DNA of 48,651 nt from Thermoplasmata archaeon (GTDB lineage Archaea > Thermoplasmatota > Thermoplasmata > Thermoplasmatales > GCA-001856825). The position numbers and the translations under genes were made by a program. The DNA lies in NCBI GenBank assembly GCA_021827945.1, contig JAKATW010000138.1, positions 1 to 48,651 on the forward strand, written 5' to 3'. The notes under the pieces are model-generated. The model saw only the letters and a list, made by a program, of their open reading frames with translations. It searched no databases and had not been told where the DNA came from. Positions 8,686 to 18,089 of this stretch are shown here, piece after piece (within the stretch, counting starts at the first letter, position 1; each line of letters starts with the position of its first letter).

Positions 8686-9069
8686 ATGTTCTACTCTGAA
8701 AAAGATGTTCCAGCAAAGCTTGAAGATGTACTCTTTGCTCTGCTTACCCACCTCAAGAAAGCAGGATACGTCGTGGTCGCAGACATAAATGTCAAGAACA
8801 TCCTGAAAAATGCCTTGAATTACGATTTCAAAGACTATCACATTCTGGAGATCTGCAACCCGATTGCTGCAAGGGAGATAATAGGGGAAGATGACCTAAA
8901 TGGCCTCTTTGTGCCTTGCAAACTTACAGTCTATCAGGAACAGGAAGTTACGAAGATTAGGATGCTCAGAGCAACTCTGGTCACTGATACTCTTCTACCG
9001 AAAGCATCTGCTGTAATTGGGAAATATGAGAGAGACTTGTTATCGGTCCTGAATTCATTTTCTATGTAG
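8686..9069 (+). CDS. DUF302 domain protein
   Basis: GYVVVADINVKNIL...YHILEICNP..A...GLFVPCKLTVY pattern typical of DUF302. Confidence 0.85.
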   Translation: MFYSEKDVPAKLEDVLFALLTHLKKAGYVVVADINVKNILKNALNYDFKDYHILEICNPIAAREIIGEDDLNGLFVPCKLTVYQEQEVTKIRMLRATLVTDTLLPKASAVIGKYERDLLSVLNSFSM

Positions 9070-9260
9070 AACGGAATTAACTGCCCCTGAGACGAATGTT
9101 CATTTCTTTCAGTTGACTCGTTTGTCATGGAATATTCAGAAAGACTGACAGAAATACAGCAGTTGTTTGGATATTATACTTCCAGTGTGCCCATAGCGTC
9201 AACCGGGAACGCATAGTCCGATCCACGAAAGTTATTAGAAACCAATAAATTACTCAGCAC

Positions 9261-9755
9261 GTGAATATGATTTACGTTATCTCTGGTCCACCGGCAGTTG
9301 GAAAGTCAACAGTTTCCAAATTGATAGCTAATAGTATCCCTAGAAGTGCGTTGATTTCTGGAGACCAAGTGCATCATATGATCATTGGAGGACATTTAGC
9401 TCCCTGGAAAGACGCCAGTCAGGATGATTTAACTTGGAAGAATATTGCCGAACTCACCAAGAATTTTTTGGATTTCGGTTTTGATGTTGTGATTGACGCT
9501 GTTGCTTTACCCAGCAAAGTGAAGTATCTGAAAGAGGAGATGGGAAAGAGAGATGTCATCACAAAGTACGTGATACTTCTTGCAGACAAGACTTCTTTGC
9601 TGATAAGAGATGGTGAAAGGATGGAATCGATGGGAGAACGATGCCTTTCTTTACTTGAAGAGTTCTGCTCACTGAGTCCTAAACCGAGAAATTATCTAGA
9701 TACAACTTCAAAATCACCAGAACAGATAGTGAGAAAGATAGTTGGAGACAATTAA
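9261..9755 (+). CDS. P-loop kinase / AAA-family small ATPase
   Basis: N-terminal Walker A SGPPAVGKST; VVIDAV; LDTT motif of the nucleotide/shikimate-kinase-like fold. Confidence 0.8.
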   Translation: MNMIYVISGPPAVGKSTVSKLIANSIPRSALISGDQVHHMIIGGHLAPWKDASQDDLTWKNIAELTKNFLDFGFDVVIDAVALPSKVKYLKEEMGKRDVITKYVILLADKTSLLIRDGERMESMGERCLSLLEEFCSLSPKPRNYLDTTSKSPEQIVRKIVGDN

Positions 9756-9788
9756 GATTTCTTTATGAAATAAGATTGATTTGTCTGG

Positions 9789-10102
9789 TTAGATATTTCC
9801 GACTAGATGTTTAGTTTGAAAATCTAGGTTCAGACAATTCTTTGAAGCCCAAGTCATTTGTCTATATACCATCACACCCTAAAGCGAGGAAATAGGCAGC
9901 GTAAGGTGCGTCATTGATATTTCGTAGTCTCAGGGTCTCTTGGTAATTCCTGAGGTCTTCATCCCTGAGCTTACTATTTCTTCTTCCTTTCCGGAGCTCT
10001 GGAACTCTTTACATGATCGACTGGTCGTTCAAGTTCACCCTTAACAATCTTCATTGCAAGCTTATATTGTTCTTCTGAAAATCCCTGCAGTATCATTCCC
10101 AT
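9789..10102 (-). pseudogene. PIN-domain (VapC-like) ribonuclease remnant
   Basis: Manual translation GFSEEQYKLAMKIV...(frameshift) LRNINDAPYAAYFLALGCDGI*TNDLGFKEL; conserved D-A-P and W-T-N-D with Trp changed to TAG at 9862-9864. Confidence 0.75.
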
Positions 10103-10345
10103 GTCCACTTTCCCTCCTTTTTAAACCTCCGAGATTCAGCAACCCTACGATTCAGGACGTAGTCAGTAACTGCTATCCCTTTGCATCCAATTGGAAGATG
10201 CCTGTAAGATCTGTTTAGACAACTAAATCCTGACACTTCATCTCATCAGCGGTATAGGTATCGTCAATCAGGTATAGAACGTTATCGATTATCTAATCTA
10301 TAATCAAAAATGACCTGTTATTTAGTGCATAACTAATAATGGAGC

Positions 10346-10624
10346 ATGGCATTGATCAAGGCGCTGGAAACTCAGTCCGGCGCAATGAGGCTCCTTCTAT
10401 ACCTTACGAAGGGACCTTCTTATGTGACCCTTATCCTAAAGGAAACTGATATACCTAACATCCAGCTTCTCAGATCAGTCGATTTGCTTTTGGACCTTAA
10501 ACTAATTCAGAAAAAAGTTGATGGTTCTACTTACCCGAAGAGGAATATCATTACCCTCACTAACAAAGGTAAACAAATCGCACTAAGGGTCAAAGAGATC
10601 GAGGGTATCTTAAAAGAGCCTTGA
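10346..10624 (+). CDS. Winged-helix (HxlR/MarR-like) transcriptional regulator
   Basis: LLDLKLIQKKVDGSTYPKRNIITLTNKGKQIA wing motif; GGAG RBS. Confidence 0.8.
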   Translation: MALIKALETQSGAMRLLLYLTKGPSYVTLILKETDIPNIQLLRSVDLLLDLKLIQKKVDGSTYPKRNIITLTNKGKQIALRVKEIEGILKEP

Positions 10625-10626
10625 AC

Positions 10627-10854
10627 TCAGTCGTTACGGTAGTATTGGTCTACTAATTCTATCTCCATTTGTAGTTTTTTCGCTCGCTCGAATGCAATAC
10701 GCGATATTATCAGGGACATTTTGTCTCTAAAAATCTTGATTAGGTCCTCCCTTGACTTTGTTTCCTTTACGCTCTCCCAGAAAGTTGTCAGGTCGAGATC
10801 ATACTGATCGCGCCTTCCAGTCAGATATTCCTTGTCCAGATCCCCCTCCCTCAT
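10627..10854 (-). CDS. Small hypothetical protein
   Basis: 75-aa helical, charged ORF converging on the wHTH gene; TATAAG about 30 nt upstream. Confidence 0.55.
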   Translation of the reverse strand: MREGDLDKEYLTGRRDQYDLDLTTFWESVKETKSREDLIKIFRDKMSLIISRIAFERAKKLQMEIELVDQYYRND

Positions 10855-11028
10855 GTTTCTCGATTAGTACCTTATTGTGCATACTTATACTTTATCTCTT
10901 ATTAGAAAAATGAAAAAAATGAATAATTGAATTTTTGCCATACAATGTTCTGCCATTATGATAGGATTTCATCTATTTTCGGCTGATATTTGCGAAATGA
11001 TTATAATTAGATCATAATGATTTTGACT

Positions 11029-11407
11029 ACGTTCTATTCTTCAATAGAATTACAATCAGATCTAGATGATGTGGCAGTATCATTTTTGTTGCACATTAAG
11101 GAGCAAGGTTATGCAATAATCGCAGACATAAATGTCAAAAATCCTTAGGAACTCGTTGATTTAAAACTTCAAAGGTTGTCATATAATAGATAAACGCAAG
11201 CCCTAGGCCGCAAAAGAAATTATAAATAATGAAAAATTGAATGATTTTTTGCCCTGCAGAATGAAAATAATTCGAGACGAAACGGCCACAAAGATGATGC
11301 TACTTAGTTCTTCACATGTCTCTGATTGTCTCTGCCCAAGATCGTCCGCAATCATAAGAAGATATGAGAGCGAATTGCCATCTATCCTTGATTTGTTTAC
11401 AATGTAG
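11029..11407 (+). pseudogene. Degraded paralog of the DUF302 gene at 8686-9069
   Basis: ACG in place of ATG, then FYSSIELQSDLDDV...GYAIIADINVKN (frameshift) ...P*AAKEII...LPCRM...IRRYESELPSILDLFTM*; colinear with the intact copy end to end. Confidence 0.85.
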
Positions 11408-11454
11408 TCCGGGGAAAAGTAGAATTTATCAGAGTCTCCATTAGACCAGACAAT

Positions 11455-12612
11455 CTAACTGAATCTTAGAAGACTGTCCTGTGAAGCTGCTAGACCGGTT
11501 CCAGGGTCAACCTCATATCCGCTCAACTTAAGAGCTCTTTCAATAGCTCCTATTGTAATCATTACCTCAGAAGAGGATATGCTGCCCATATGTCCGATCC
11601 TGAAGTATCTACCTGCTATCTCTTTCATGAGCCCGGATGCAAACACTACTCCGTTCGTTTCAGTATCAGAGAGGAATTTCTTGGAGTCTGTCCCATTTGG
11701 GAGATAGACTGCAGAGATCGTGTTAGCGTGATCCTTTTTGGCGATCAGTTCGAGACCCATTCCTTTTATGCCAGCCCTTATCGCTGAAGCCATCTTTTCG
11801 TGCCTCTTGAGTCTCAACTCCAAACCCTCACTCATTATGTTGCCTAGACTGACGTTAAGCGCTGTTATCAGGTTAACGTTTGGAGTCCCAAAATAGCCCC
11901 CTTTAGATTCAAGCACTCCTCTTGATACTGCTTCCCACTTTCTCAGATCCGAGAAAAACGAGTTCGGTTTGAGTTTTCCCATTCGATTAAGGGCCCTCTT
12001 CTCTGCGACTCCAACTGCGAGACCGGGTGGTGCTCCAAGAGCCTTCTGAGAGGCAGTGAAAGCGACGTCTATTCCCCATTTCATATCTAGATTCTCTCCT
12101 CCAACAGAGCACACACCATCTACCACCAGAAGTGTATCTGTTTTCTTTGATACTTCAGCTATCTCCTTGACGTTGTTTCTAACACCGGTACTTGTATCGA
12201 CGTGAGTAACGGTCATTAGGTCATACTCATTTGTATCAAGCTTTTCTTTGATCCTGACTGGTTCGACAGCTTGCCCAAGCGGAGGTTTGATTTGCTCTAC
12301 TTTATCTGTGAATCTTGAGAATAAATCGACAAATCTGTCCCCAAAATAGCCAGTATTTACGACGAGCACCTTGGAATCTTTGCTTATGAAATTGACTGTC
12401 GCAACCTCCATTCCTAAAGTACCAGAGCCAGATATAATGAACGGTAGACCCTCGCTAGTCGAGGAGCCGAAAATAGAGGTGATATTCTGAAGTGCTTCCT
12501 TGTATATTGATACGAATTCCTTGGAGGAGTGAGAGATAGTAGGAATAGACATTGCATTCAAGACATTGCTTTCATATTCTATCGGTCCCGGGATCATGAG
12601 CAGTTTCCGCAT
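11455..12612 (-). CDS. Class V PLP aminotransferase (alanine-glyoxylate / serine-pyruvate family)
   Basis: LLMIPGP start (ATG 12612 preferred), VDGVCS, ASQKALGAPPG PLP-lysine motif, FRIGHMG. Confidence 0.9.
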   Translation of the reverse strand: MRKLLMIPGPIEYESNVLNAMSIPTISHSSKEFVSIYKEALQNITSIFGSSTSEGLPFIISGSGTLGMEVATVNFISKDSKVLVVNTGYFGDRFVDLFSRFTDKVEQIKPPLGQAVEPVRIKEKLDTNEYDLMTVTHVDTSTGVRNNVKEIAEVSKKTDTLLVVDGVCSVGGENLDMKWGIDVAFTASQKALGAPPGLAVGVAEKRALNRMGKLKPNSFFSDLRKWEAVSRGVLESKGGYFGTPNVNLITALNVSLGNIMSEGLELRLKRHEKMASAIRAGIKGMGLELIAKKDHANTISAVYLPNGTDSKKFLSDTETNGVVFASGLMKEIAGRYFRIGHMGSISSSEVMITIGAIERALKLSGYEVDPGTGLAASQDSLLRFS

Positions 12613-12743
12613 GAGAGAGGTATCTTCCAATTGATATATTACATTTCCACTTTCAGTTATATAAAATGACTTTTGAGAGATCTGACGACTCATTTTGTGC
12701 ATGACTTACGTAGTCGGATTTAACCCTTGATACGATTGAACCA

Positions 12744-13322
12744 CTATATTTCGCTGTACCTGAAGCATGAAGTGATATGATCATTCACCATGCCTGTGGC
12801 TTGCATGTAAGCATAACATGTCTTGGAACCAACGAACCTAAACCCCCTACTTATCATGTCTCTACTCATACGGTCTGAGATATCCGTTCTTGCAGGGACC
12901 ATTTCAAGGGAAGTCCATCTATTCTTGATTTGTTTTTCATCAACGAAGTGCCAAAGATATTTGTCAAATGACCCAAACTCATCCCTGACCTGAAGCATTG
13001 CCTTGGCATTGGTTATAACGGATTCTATCTTCAGCCTATTTCTGATGATGCCACCATTCTCAAGAAGTCTCTCTATCTTAATTGCATCGTACCTTGCTAC
13101 CTTGTTGTAATCGAAGTCATCGAATGCTTTTCTGTACTCATCCCTCTTTCTTAGGATAGTCAACCAGCTCAGTCCTGCCTGAGCTCCTTCCAGAACCAGA
13201 AATTCAAACAGTTTTCTGTCATCGTGGACTGGCACCCCCCACTCCTTATCGTGATATTGGGTCATGGTGGCATCATTCAAGCTCCAACCGCATCTCCCCT
13301 TCCGAACTTGACTTGAATTCAT
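12744..13322 (-). CDS. tag: DNA-3-methyladenine glycosylase I
   Basis: RCGW, YHDKEWG, LEGAQAGLSW, IIRNRLKI, GMVNDH..C motifs. Confidence 0.95.
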   Translation of the reverse strand: MNSSQVRKGRCGWSLNDATMTQYHDKEWGVPVHDDRKLFEFLVLEGAQAGLSWLTILRKRDEYRKAFDDFDYNKVARYDAIKIERLLENGGIIRNRLKIESVITNAKAMLQVRDEFGSFDKYLWHFVDEKQIKNRWTSLEMVPARTDISDRMSRDMISRGFRFVGSKTCYAYMQATGMVNDHITSCFRYSEI

Positions 13323-13385
13323 TCACTGCTTCACTAAAAGACATTAGAGGTTGTAGTTCATAAAGTTGAGGGGTCTATAATGTTA

Positions 13386-14057
13386 CTATCTCCTCAGTAA
13401 GATGTCCGAAAAATAAAAGCCGTCTCTGAGAACCGTTTCCCCCCTCCTGATTGGAATAGGGGAATCGTAAATCGGTCCCTCATAGACAAAGGTGTGAAAC
13501 TCTCCGTTCTCTCCACATGGATCAACTCCCTGCGGGAGGGAAGAAAGAAAATTTTCATCAAACTCCTTTCCTGCAAATTCCTTGCTAAGTTTTTTGGGAT
13601 CAACAGTGCATAAGATCGCCTTGAAACCCATCTTTATGAAGTCGTGTGCGAGCTTTGTAGTGTCTTTACCCCAGAGCGGGAAGATGCATCTGATGCCAGT
13701 TCCAGACATCCTCTGCTCCCTGTACTTTCTAATGTCCTCTAGGAATAAATCACCGAATGCGACATTCGCAATTCTCTCCCCCTGATATCTCTTGATTCTA
13801 TCCATCATTACTCTTTCGTACTCTTCGTTGTTTGCTCCCTTTGAAATGTAGGCAATGTCAGAATTAATTGAAGTTCTCCTGACCTGTTCTGACAGGAGTT
13901 CTTCCCTCACACCGTGCATGCTTATTCTACCATAGTCCTTGGTCACTGTGGTAAGGAGATACCGGACTTCGTACTTATCCTGAGAAAGAATGGTGTGGAG
14001 TGTAAGGGCACTATCCTTTCCTCCACTCCACGAAAGGACCAGGGGTTCTTTTGTCAT
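13386..14057 (-). CDS. PP-loop ATPase, diphthine-ammonia ligase/MJ0570-like family
   Basis: SWSGGKDS PP-loop, FGDLFLED, DPCGENGEFHTFV. Confidence 0.85.
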   Translation of the reverse strand: MTKEPLVLSWSGGKDSALTLHTILSQDKYEVRYLLTTVTKDYGRISMHGVREELLSEQVRRTSINSDIAYISKGANNEEYERVMMDRIKRYQGERIANVAFGDLFLEDIRKYREQRMSGTGIRCIFPLWGKDTTKLAHDFIKMGFKAILCTVDPKKLSKEFAGKEFDENFLSSLPQGVDPCGENGEFHTFVYEGPIYDSPIPIRRGETVLRDGFYFSDILLRR

Positions 14058-14151
14058 CTAAGCCTCAAATCAGAATAGTAAATTAAGCATTTGCAGCAAT
14101 CTTTAAGCAACTTGAACAAAAACTCTTTTCATTTTGATTATATGCAAAGTC

Positions 14152-15717
14152 ATGAGTGAGGAGAGGAATATAAAGATCTATTACAATGGTTCCATCTATA
14201 CCAAATTCATTCCCCCCACCGTGGTTAAGTCAATTGTTACTGAAGGTGAAAAGATAGAGTTTTGCGGTAGTATTGAGGAGGCGATGAAGATCTATGGAAA
14301 GAGTGCCGATACAATTGTCAATCTTGAAGGGAGAGTTGTGATACCGGGATTCGTAGACTCACATCTCCATCTCGACGATCTCGGAAGTTCATTAAACTAT
14401 CTTGACCTCAGGGGAAGCAGTTCCATCTCTGAAATGAAAGATCGGCTCAACAGGTATCGCGTTAAGAACCCTGGCGCTAAAGTCGTGATTGGAATGGGAT
14501 GGGACCAGGAATCGTTTTCAGAAGGTAGATGGCCCACACGGTATGACCTCGATGCAGTGGAGAATAGTGTTCCGGTATTCCTCGAACGATTCTGTGAACA
14601 TGCAGGAGTTATAAATTCCAGGATGCTCGAACTCTTTGGTACTAAAAACTTCCCCGCAAACATATTCCCACTCTCACGGGACGGTAGTGCAACCGGAATA
14701 GTAAAGGAGGAGGCAGCCTTATTCTTCAAGGAGAAGGCACACAAACTTGTTGGCGATGAGGAAAGGAATCTTGAGAGCTCTGCTCGTTACCTCCTGTCCA
14801 AAGGTGTGACATCGGTGGGATTCGTTTCGTGTGGTTTAGAATCTGTTGATTATTTGTCAAGAGAAGGTTCCAGACTCGGTTTGAGGGTCCGGGTCTACCT
14901 TAGAGAGGATTTATCAGATAAACTCGAGGACCTTAGGAGCAAGATAGGAGACAATCCCTACCTCAGAATAAATGGTATCAAACTATTTGCAGACGGCGCC
15001 CTTGGAGCAGAAACAGCGGCTCTAAGGGAACCTTACAGCGAAGACTCGGGAAACAGCGGAATGCTAATATTAGATCCTCAAAAATTGGTTGAAATCTTTG
15101 GACATTTCAAAGGTATGCATGCGCAGTTTGCGATTCATGCGATCGGGGACAGAGGAATAGATTCTGTCATAGACGCGATATCAATATTCGGTAGGGACAA
15201 TATGGTAGCTCCCAGGATAGAGCACTGTACCGTGCTCAGAGAGGATCATCTAGAAAGACTCAGAGAACTGATGATAGGAGTCTCAACTCAACCCGCCTTT
15301 GTGATCGATGACTGGTGGGCCGTAAAGAGACTTGGAAAGATAAGGAGCGTACTTTCGTATCCTCTTGCCAGTCTCTGTAACAATGGCATCAAAGTTGGGA
15401 TATCCACTGATTCCCCCGTTGAGAACCCCGATCCGTGGTTCACCATAGATGCAGCTGTCAACAGGGGTGAGAGGGAAAAAAGAGAGATCTTGAATTATTC
15501 AAAGGGGGAGAGGATCGATCTTTCAGCAGCGTTCTCACTCTACACCGTAGGCTCCGCTTCACTGCTGCTTGACAGTGAAATAGGATCTTTGGAAACGGGT
15601 AAATTTGCCGATTTCATCATTCTGAACAAAGATCCTTTCGATACGAAAGATTTGAGAAGCATAATGACGCTAGAAACTGTAGTCGGGGGTACAACCAGAT
15701 ACAAAAAAGAACGTTGA
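14152..15717 (+). CDS. Amidohydrolase (YtcJ-like, amidohydrolase_3)
   Basis: PGFVDSHLH, KLFADGALG, HAIGD, RIEH, STDSP, GSLETGKFADF; ATG 14152 preferred over TTG 14134. Confidence 0.9.
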   Translation: MSEERNIKIYYNGSIYTKFIPPTVVKSIVTEGEKIEFCGSIEEAMKIYGKSADTIVNLEGRVVIPGFVDSHLHLDDLGSSLNYLDLRGSSSISEMKDRLNRYRVKNPGAKVVIGMGWDQESFSEGRWPTRYDLDAVENSVPVFLERFCEHAGVINSRMLELFGTKNFPANIFPLSRDGSATGIVKEEAALFFKEKAHKLVGDEERNLESSARYLLSKGVTSVGFVSCGLESVDYLSREGSRLGLRVRVYLREDLSDKLEDLRSKIGDNPYLRINGIKLFADGALGAETAALREPYSEDSGNSGMLILDPQKLVEIFGHFKGMHAQFAIHAIGDRGIDSVIDAISIFGRDNMVAPRIEHCTVLREDHLERLRELMIGVSTQPAFVIDDWWAVKRLGKIRSVLSYPLASLCNNGIKVGISTDSPVENPDPWFTIDAAVNRGEREKREILNYSKGERIDLSAAFSLYTVGSASLLLDSEIGSLETGKFADFIILNKDPFDTKDLRSIMTLETVVGGTTRYKKER

Positions 15718-15728
15718 ACTATGCGGGC

Positions 15729-16997
15729 TCATTTTGATCCGGCGTAATAACTGATAAAAATGTCAGCTACGTTGGTTCCAGTGAAACCTGTGAAAAGGAC
15801 ATCCCCACTCTGCACCAGGGGTTCCAGACTGTCGCTCGTGGACAGACTGTCTCTTATGTAGTTTCTATCCAGAATATTCAGTGTTTTACTATCTACCACT
15901 CCCCCCATAGCCTTGCTAGTGCCATCCATACCATCGGTACCTATGCTGGCGAAGGCGAAATCCTCTTCGTCGCCCATTAGCAATAGAACTCTCAGGGAGA
16001 GTTCAAGGTTGCGTCCCCCAATTCCCATTCCGGTGAGCCTTGTGGAAGTCTCTCCACCACCAACAACGAACACCGGAACCCGTTCTCTCTCATAGACAGA
16101 CTTCATTTTGTTCACCAAGAACCTGGCAACGGTTTCCGTGTTCCCTTCTATCCTCGATCCTAGACTGACCACCCTGAACCCTCCAATCTCCAGCTTCTGA
16201 CTCACTGATTTAACGAAGTCTGAATTCTTTAGAACGACATAATTTTCTGCCCTGTACTCCCTTGTCTCGTACTTGACCCTGCGGTTTTGAATACTGCACT
16301 GTTGCCCATATCTTGCTACGACCTGATCTATCGAAGAGCTCTCGGGAGGAGTTGAGGTAGGACCTGAAGCGACGACTTCTTCAGCATCTCCTGGAACATC
16401 CGAGACAATGATCCCAATGACCCTTGCAGGATACGTATAGTTAAGGAATCCTCCACCCTTAGTTTTGGAGAAGAGGTACCTAATAGCGTTTAGTTCTGTA
16501 ATATCCGCCCCGCTCTTCATCATGCAACTTATTGTTCGGTTGTAACTTTCAAGGTCGGTATCATCCCTTAAAAGTTCGAAGAGAGATGAACCTCCGCCAG
16601 ATATCAAAACCAAAACTACGTCATCTGAGGTAAGGCCTTTCACAGAGGTTACGAGCGTCTCTGAGCTTTTCAGAGTATTAACAGAAGGGAGTGGGTGGTC
16701 ACCGGGAAGAAATGGACCCACCAGCCTTCCGTCATCAGGCATGGGAACTATGATTTTTGCACTGGATATCCTTTCACCAAAATATCGCTTCACTCCCTCG
16801 TACATTCCCTTACCTGCTTTACCGAATCCGACTACTCGCAACCTCCGTCCGCATTCTGGATCGATCCGTTCCTTCAAGAAATTCAGAACCTTCAATTCTG
16901 GATCGTTTTGTCTGAATGCAAAATCTATCGAATCAATTATGGAGTCTCTTATGCACGATCTCCTAAAATCCCTTGGCAACTTTAGTAACTCCACCAC
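15729..16997 (-). CDS. Glycerate 2-kinase (MOFRL family)
   Basis: GFGKA, GDHPLP, LISGGGSSL, SDVPGD, GGET, GGRNLE, GTDGMDG, TGTNVAD. Confidence 0.9.
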   Translation of the reverse strand: MVELLKLPRDFRRSCIRDSIIDSIDFAFRQNDPELKVLNFLKERIDPECGRRLRVVGFGKAGKGMYEGVKRYFGERISSAKIIVPMPDDGRLVGPFLPGDHPLPSVNTLKSSETLVTSVKGLTSDDVVLVLISGGGSSLFELLRDDTDLESYNRTISCMMKSGADITELNAIRYLFSKTKGGGFLNYTYPARVIGIIVSDVPGDAEEVVASGPTSTPPESSSIDQVVARYGQQCSIQNRRVKYETREYRAENYVVLKNSDFVKSVSQKLEIGGFRVVSLGSRIEGNTETVARFLVNKMKSVYERERVPVFVVGGGETSTRLTGMGIGGRNLELSLRVLLLMGDEEDFAFASIGTDGMDGTSKAMGGVVDSKTLNILDRNYIRDSLSTSDSLEPLVQSGDVLFTGFTGTNVADIFISYYAGSK

Positions 16998-17030
16998 TTA
17001 CTATTCCTTTGGATTAAAAATATTTAACCA

Positions 17031-18089
17031 TTGGTAGTATCTGAAAAGGTGAAAGACCTCGTCATAAGAGGTTCCGTTTACGAAAATGGAAAAATGGAGA
17101 GTGGAACCTACAGTGTGTTTGAGGAGAAATTTGTAGACCCATCCATTAAGCACGACCTGGAGGGGACATTGATGAGGGCTCCAATCAATTTCCATACTCA
17201 CCTGGGAGATTCATTTATTGGTTCGGAGCCTGTGGGCAATCTAGAGCAGATAGTCGGACCCGGTGGATTCAAGATCAGAGCGCTAGAACATGCTGCTTCT
17301 TCTCTGATAAGGAAGAACATGAAGGAATCAATCGATTACATGGAGAGCCAGGGGACCTTGGCATTTTTTGATTTCAGAGAGTCAGGAATAAGAGGTCTCA
17401 AACTTGTGCCTAGATTCAGAGGAATAACTGGATATCTCCTGACAAGGCCAAATTCTTTAGACGAAACTGACCCGCTTCTAAGTATGTCCTCCGGATTTGG
17501 GATGAGCGCCTTATCAGATTACGAATTCGACTACCTTCGAAAATTGTCCAAGCAGGCACATAAAAGGAAAAAGTTATTTGCCCTCCATTTCAGCGAGAAC
17601 AAAAGGGAGAGCGTAGAAGACCTTAAAGAGTTGAATCCAGACTACGTCATCCACTGCATAGAAGCGACAGACCGTGACCTGGAAACACTAAAAAAATTGA
17701 ACATCCCTGTTTCAATAACTCCAAGGTCGAACATCTTTCACGGCAAGAGACCCGACTATTCAAGGCTCTTTGAGAAGGGACTGACCGTCACTCTGGGCAC
17801 AGACAACGCTTTCATAACTGAACCAGGAATTATGGAAGAAGCTGAGTTCCTCTACAGGTATCAGAGGGGGCTGAGTAGACTGAGCCCAGAGCAAGTCCTG
17901 TCAACAATCATAGACAATCCTAGGTCAGTCATGTCGAAACTCGGGCTCAGAGTGGGCGAAGAGAAATTCCTGTTTTACCCTAACGAACTTCTCACCCCCT
18001 ACCAGGTCGTGACCAGGCCCAACTACTATGACAAGTTTGTACTTTTAAAGAAGGACAATAGAATAAGTTTTATTCCGAGAAAACATTGA
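17031..18089 (+). CDS. Metal-dependent amidohydrolase/deaminase family protein
   Basis: NFHTHLGD, DFRE, LHFSE, IHC, PRSN, LGTDN; start may be GTG 17049. Confidence 0.85.
   Translation: MVVSEKVKDLVIRGSVYENGKMESGTYSVFEEKFVDPSIKHDLEGTLMRAPINFHTHLGDSFIGSEPVGNLEQIVGPGGFKIRALEHAASSLIRKNMKESIDYMESQGTLAFFDFRESGIRGLKLVPRFRGITGYLLTRPNSLDETDPLLSMSSGFGMSALSDYEFDYLRKLSKQAHKRKKLFALHFSENKRESVEDLKELNPDYVIHCIEATDRDLETLKKLNIPVSITPRSNIFHGKRPDYSRLFEKGLTVTLGTDNAFITEPGIMEEAEFLYRYQRGLSRLSPEQVLSTIIDNPRSVMSKLGLRVGEEKFLFYPNELLTPYQVVTRPNYYDKFVLLKKDNRISFIPRKH

Larger units (their letters stand above)
1..11430. mobile_element. Decayed integrative/accessory island (left boundary outside window)
   Basis: Tyrosine recombinase gene plus remnants, orphan ORFs, many pseudogenes and long AT-rich spacers; housekeeping genes resume at 11455. 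Boundaries approximate. Confidence 0.65.

Noticed and set aside
10144..10166. CTACG...CGTAG hairpin resembling an IS200/IS605 end
   Set aside because: Only a 5-bp stem with no tnpA/tnpB remnant nearby.
10200..10250. Minus-strand CTGATGA as hammerhead core or C box
   Set aside because: No GAAA after stem II and no properly spaced D box or terminal stem.
3369..11407. Recurrent in-frame TAG codons as pyrrolysine read-through
   Set aside because: Most of the same remnants also carry TAA stops, frameshifts or truncations, and TAG terminates normal core genes here.
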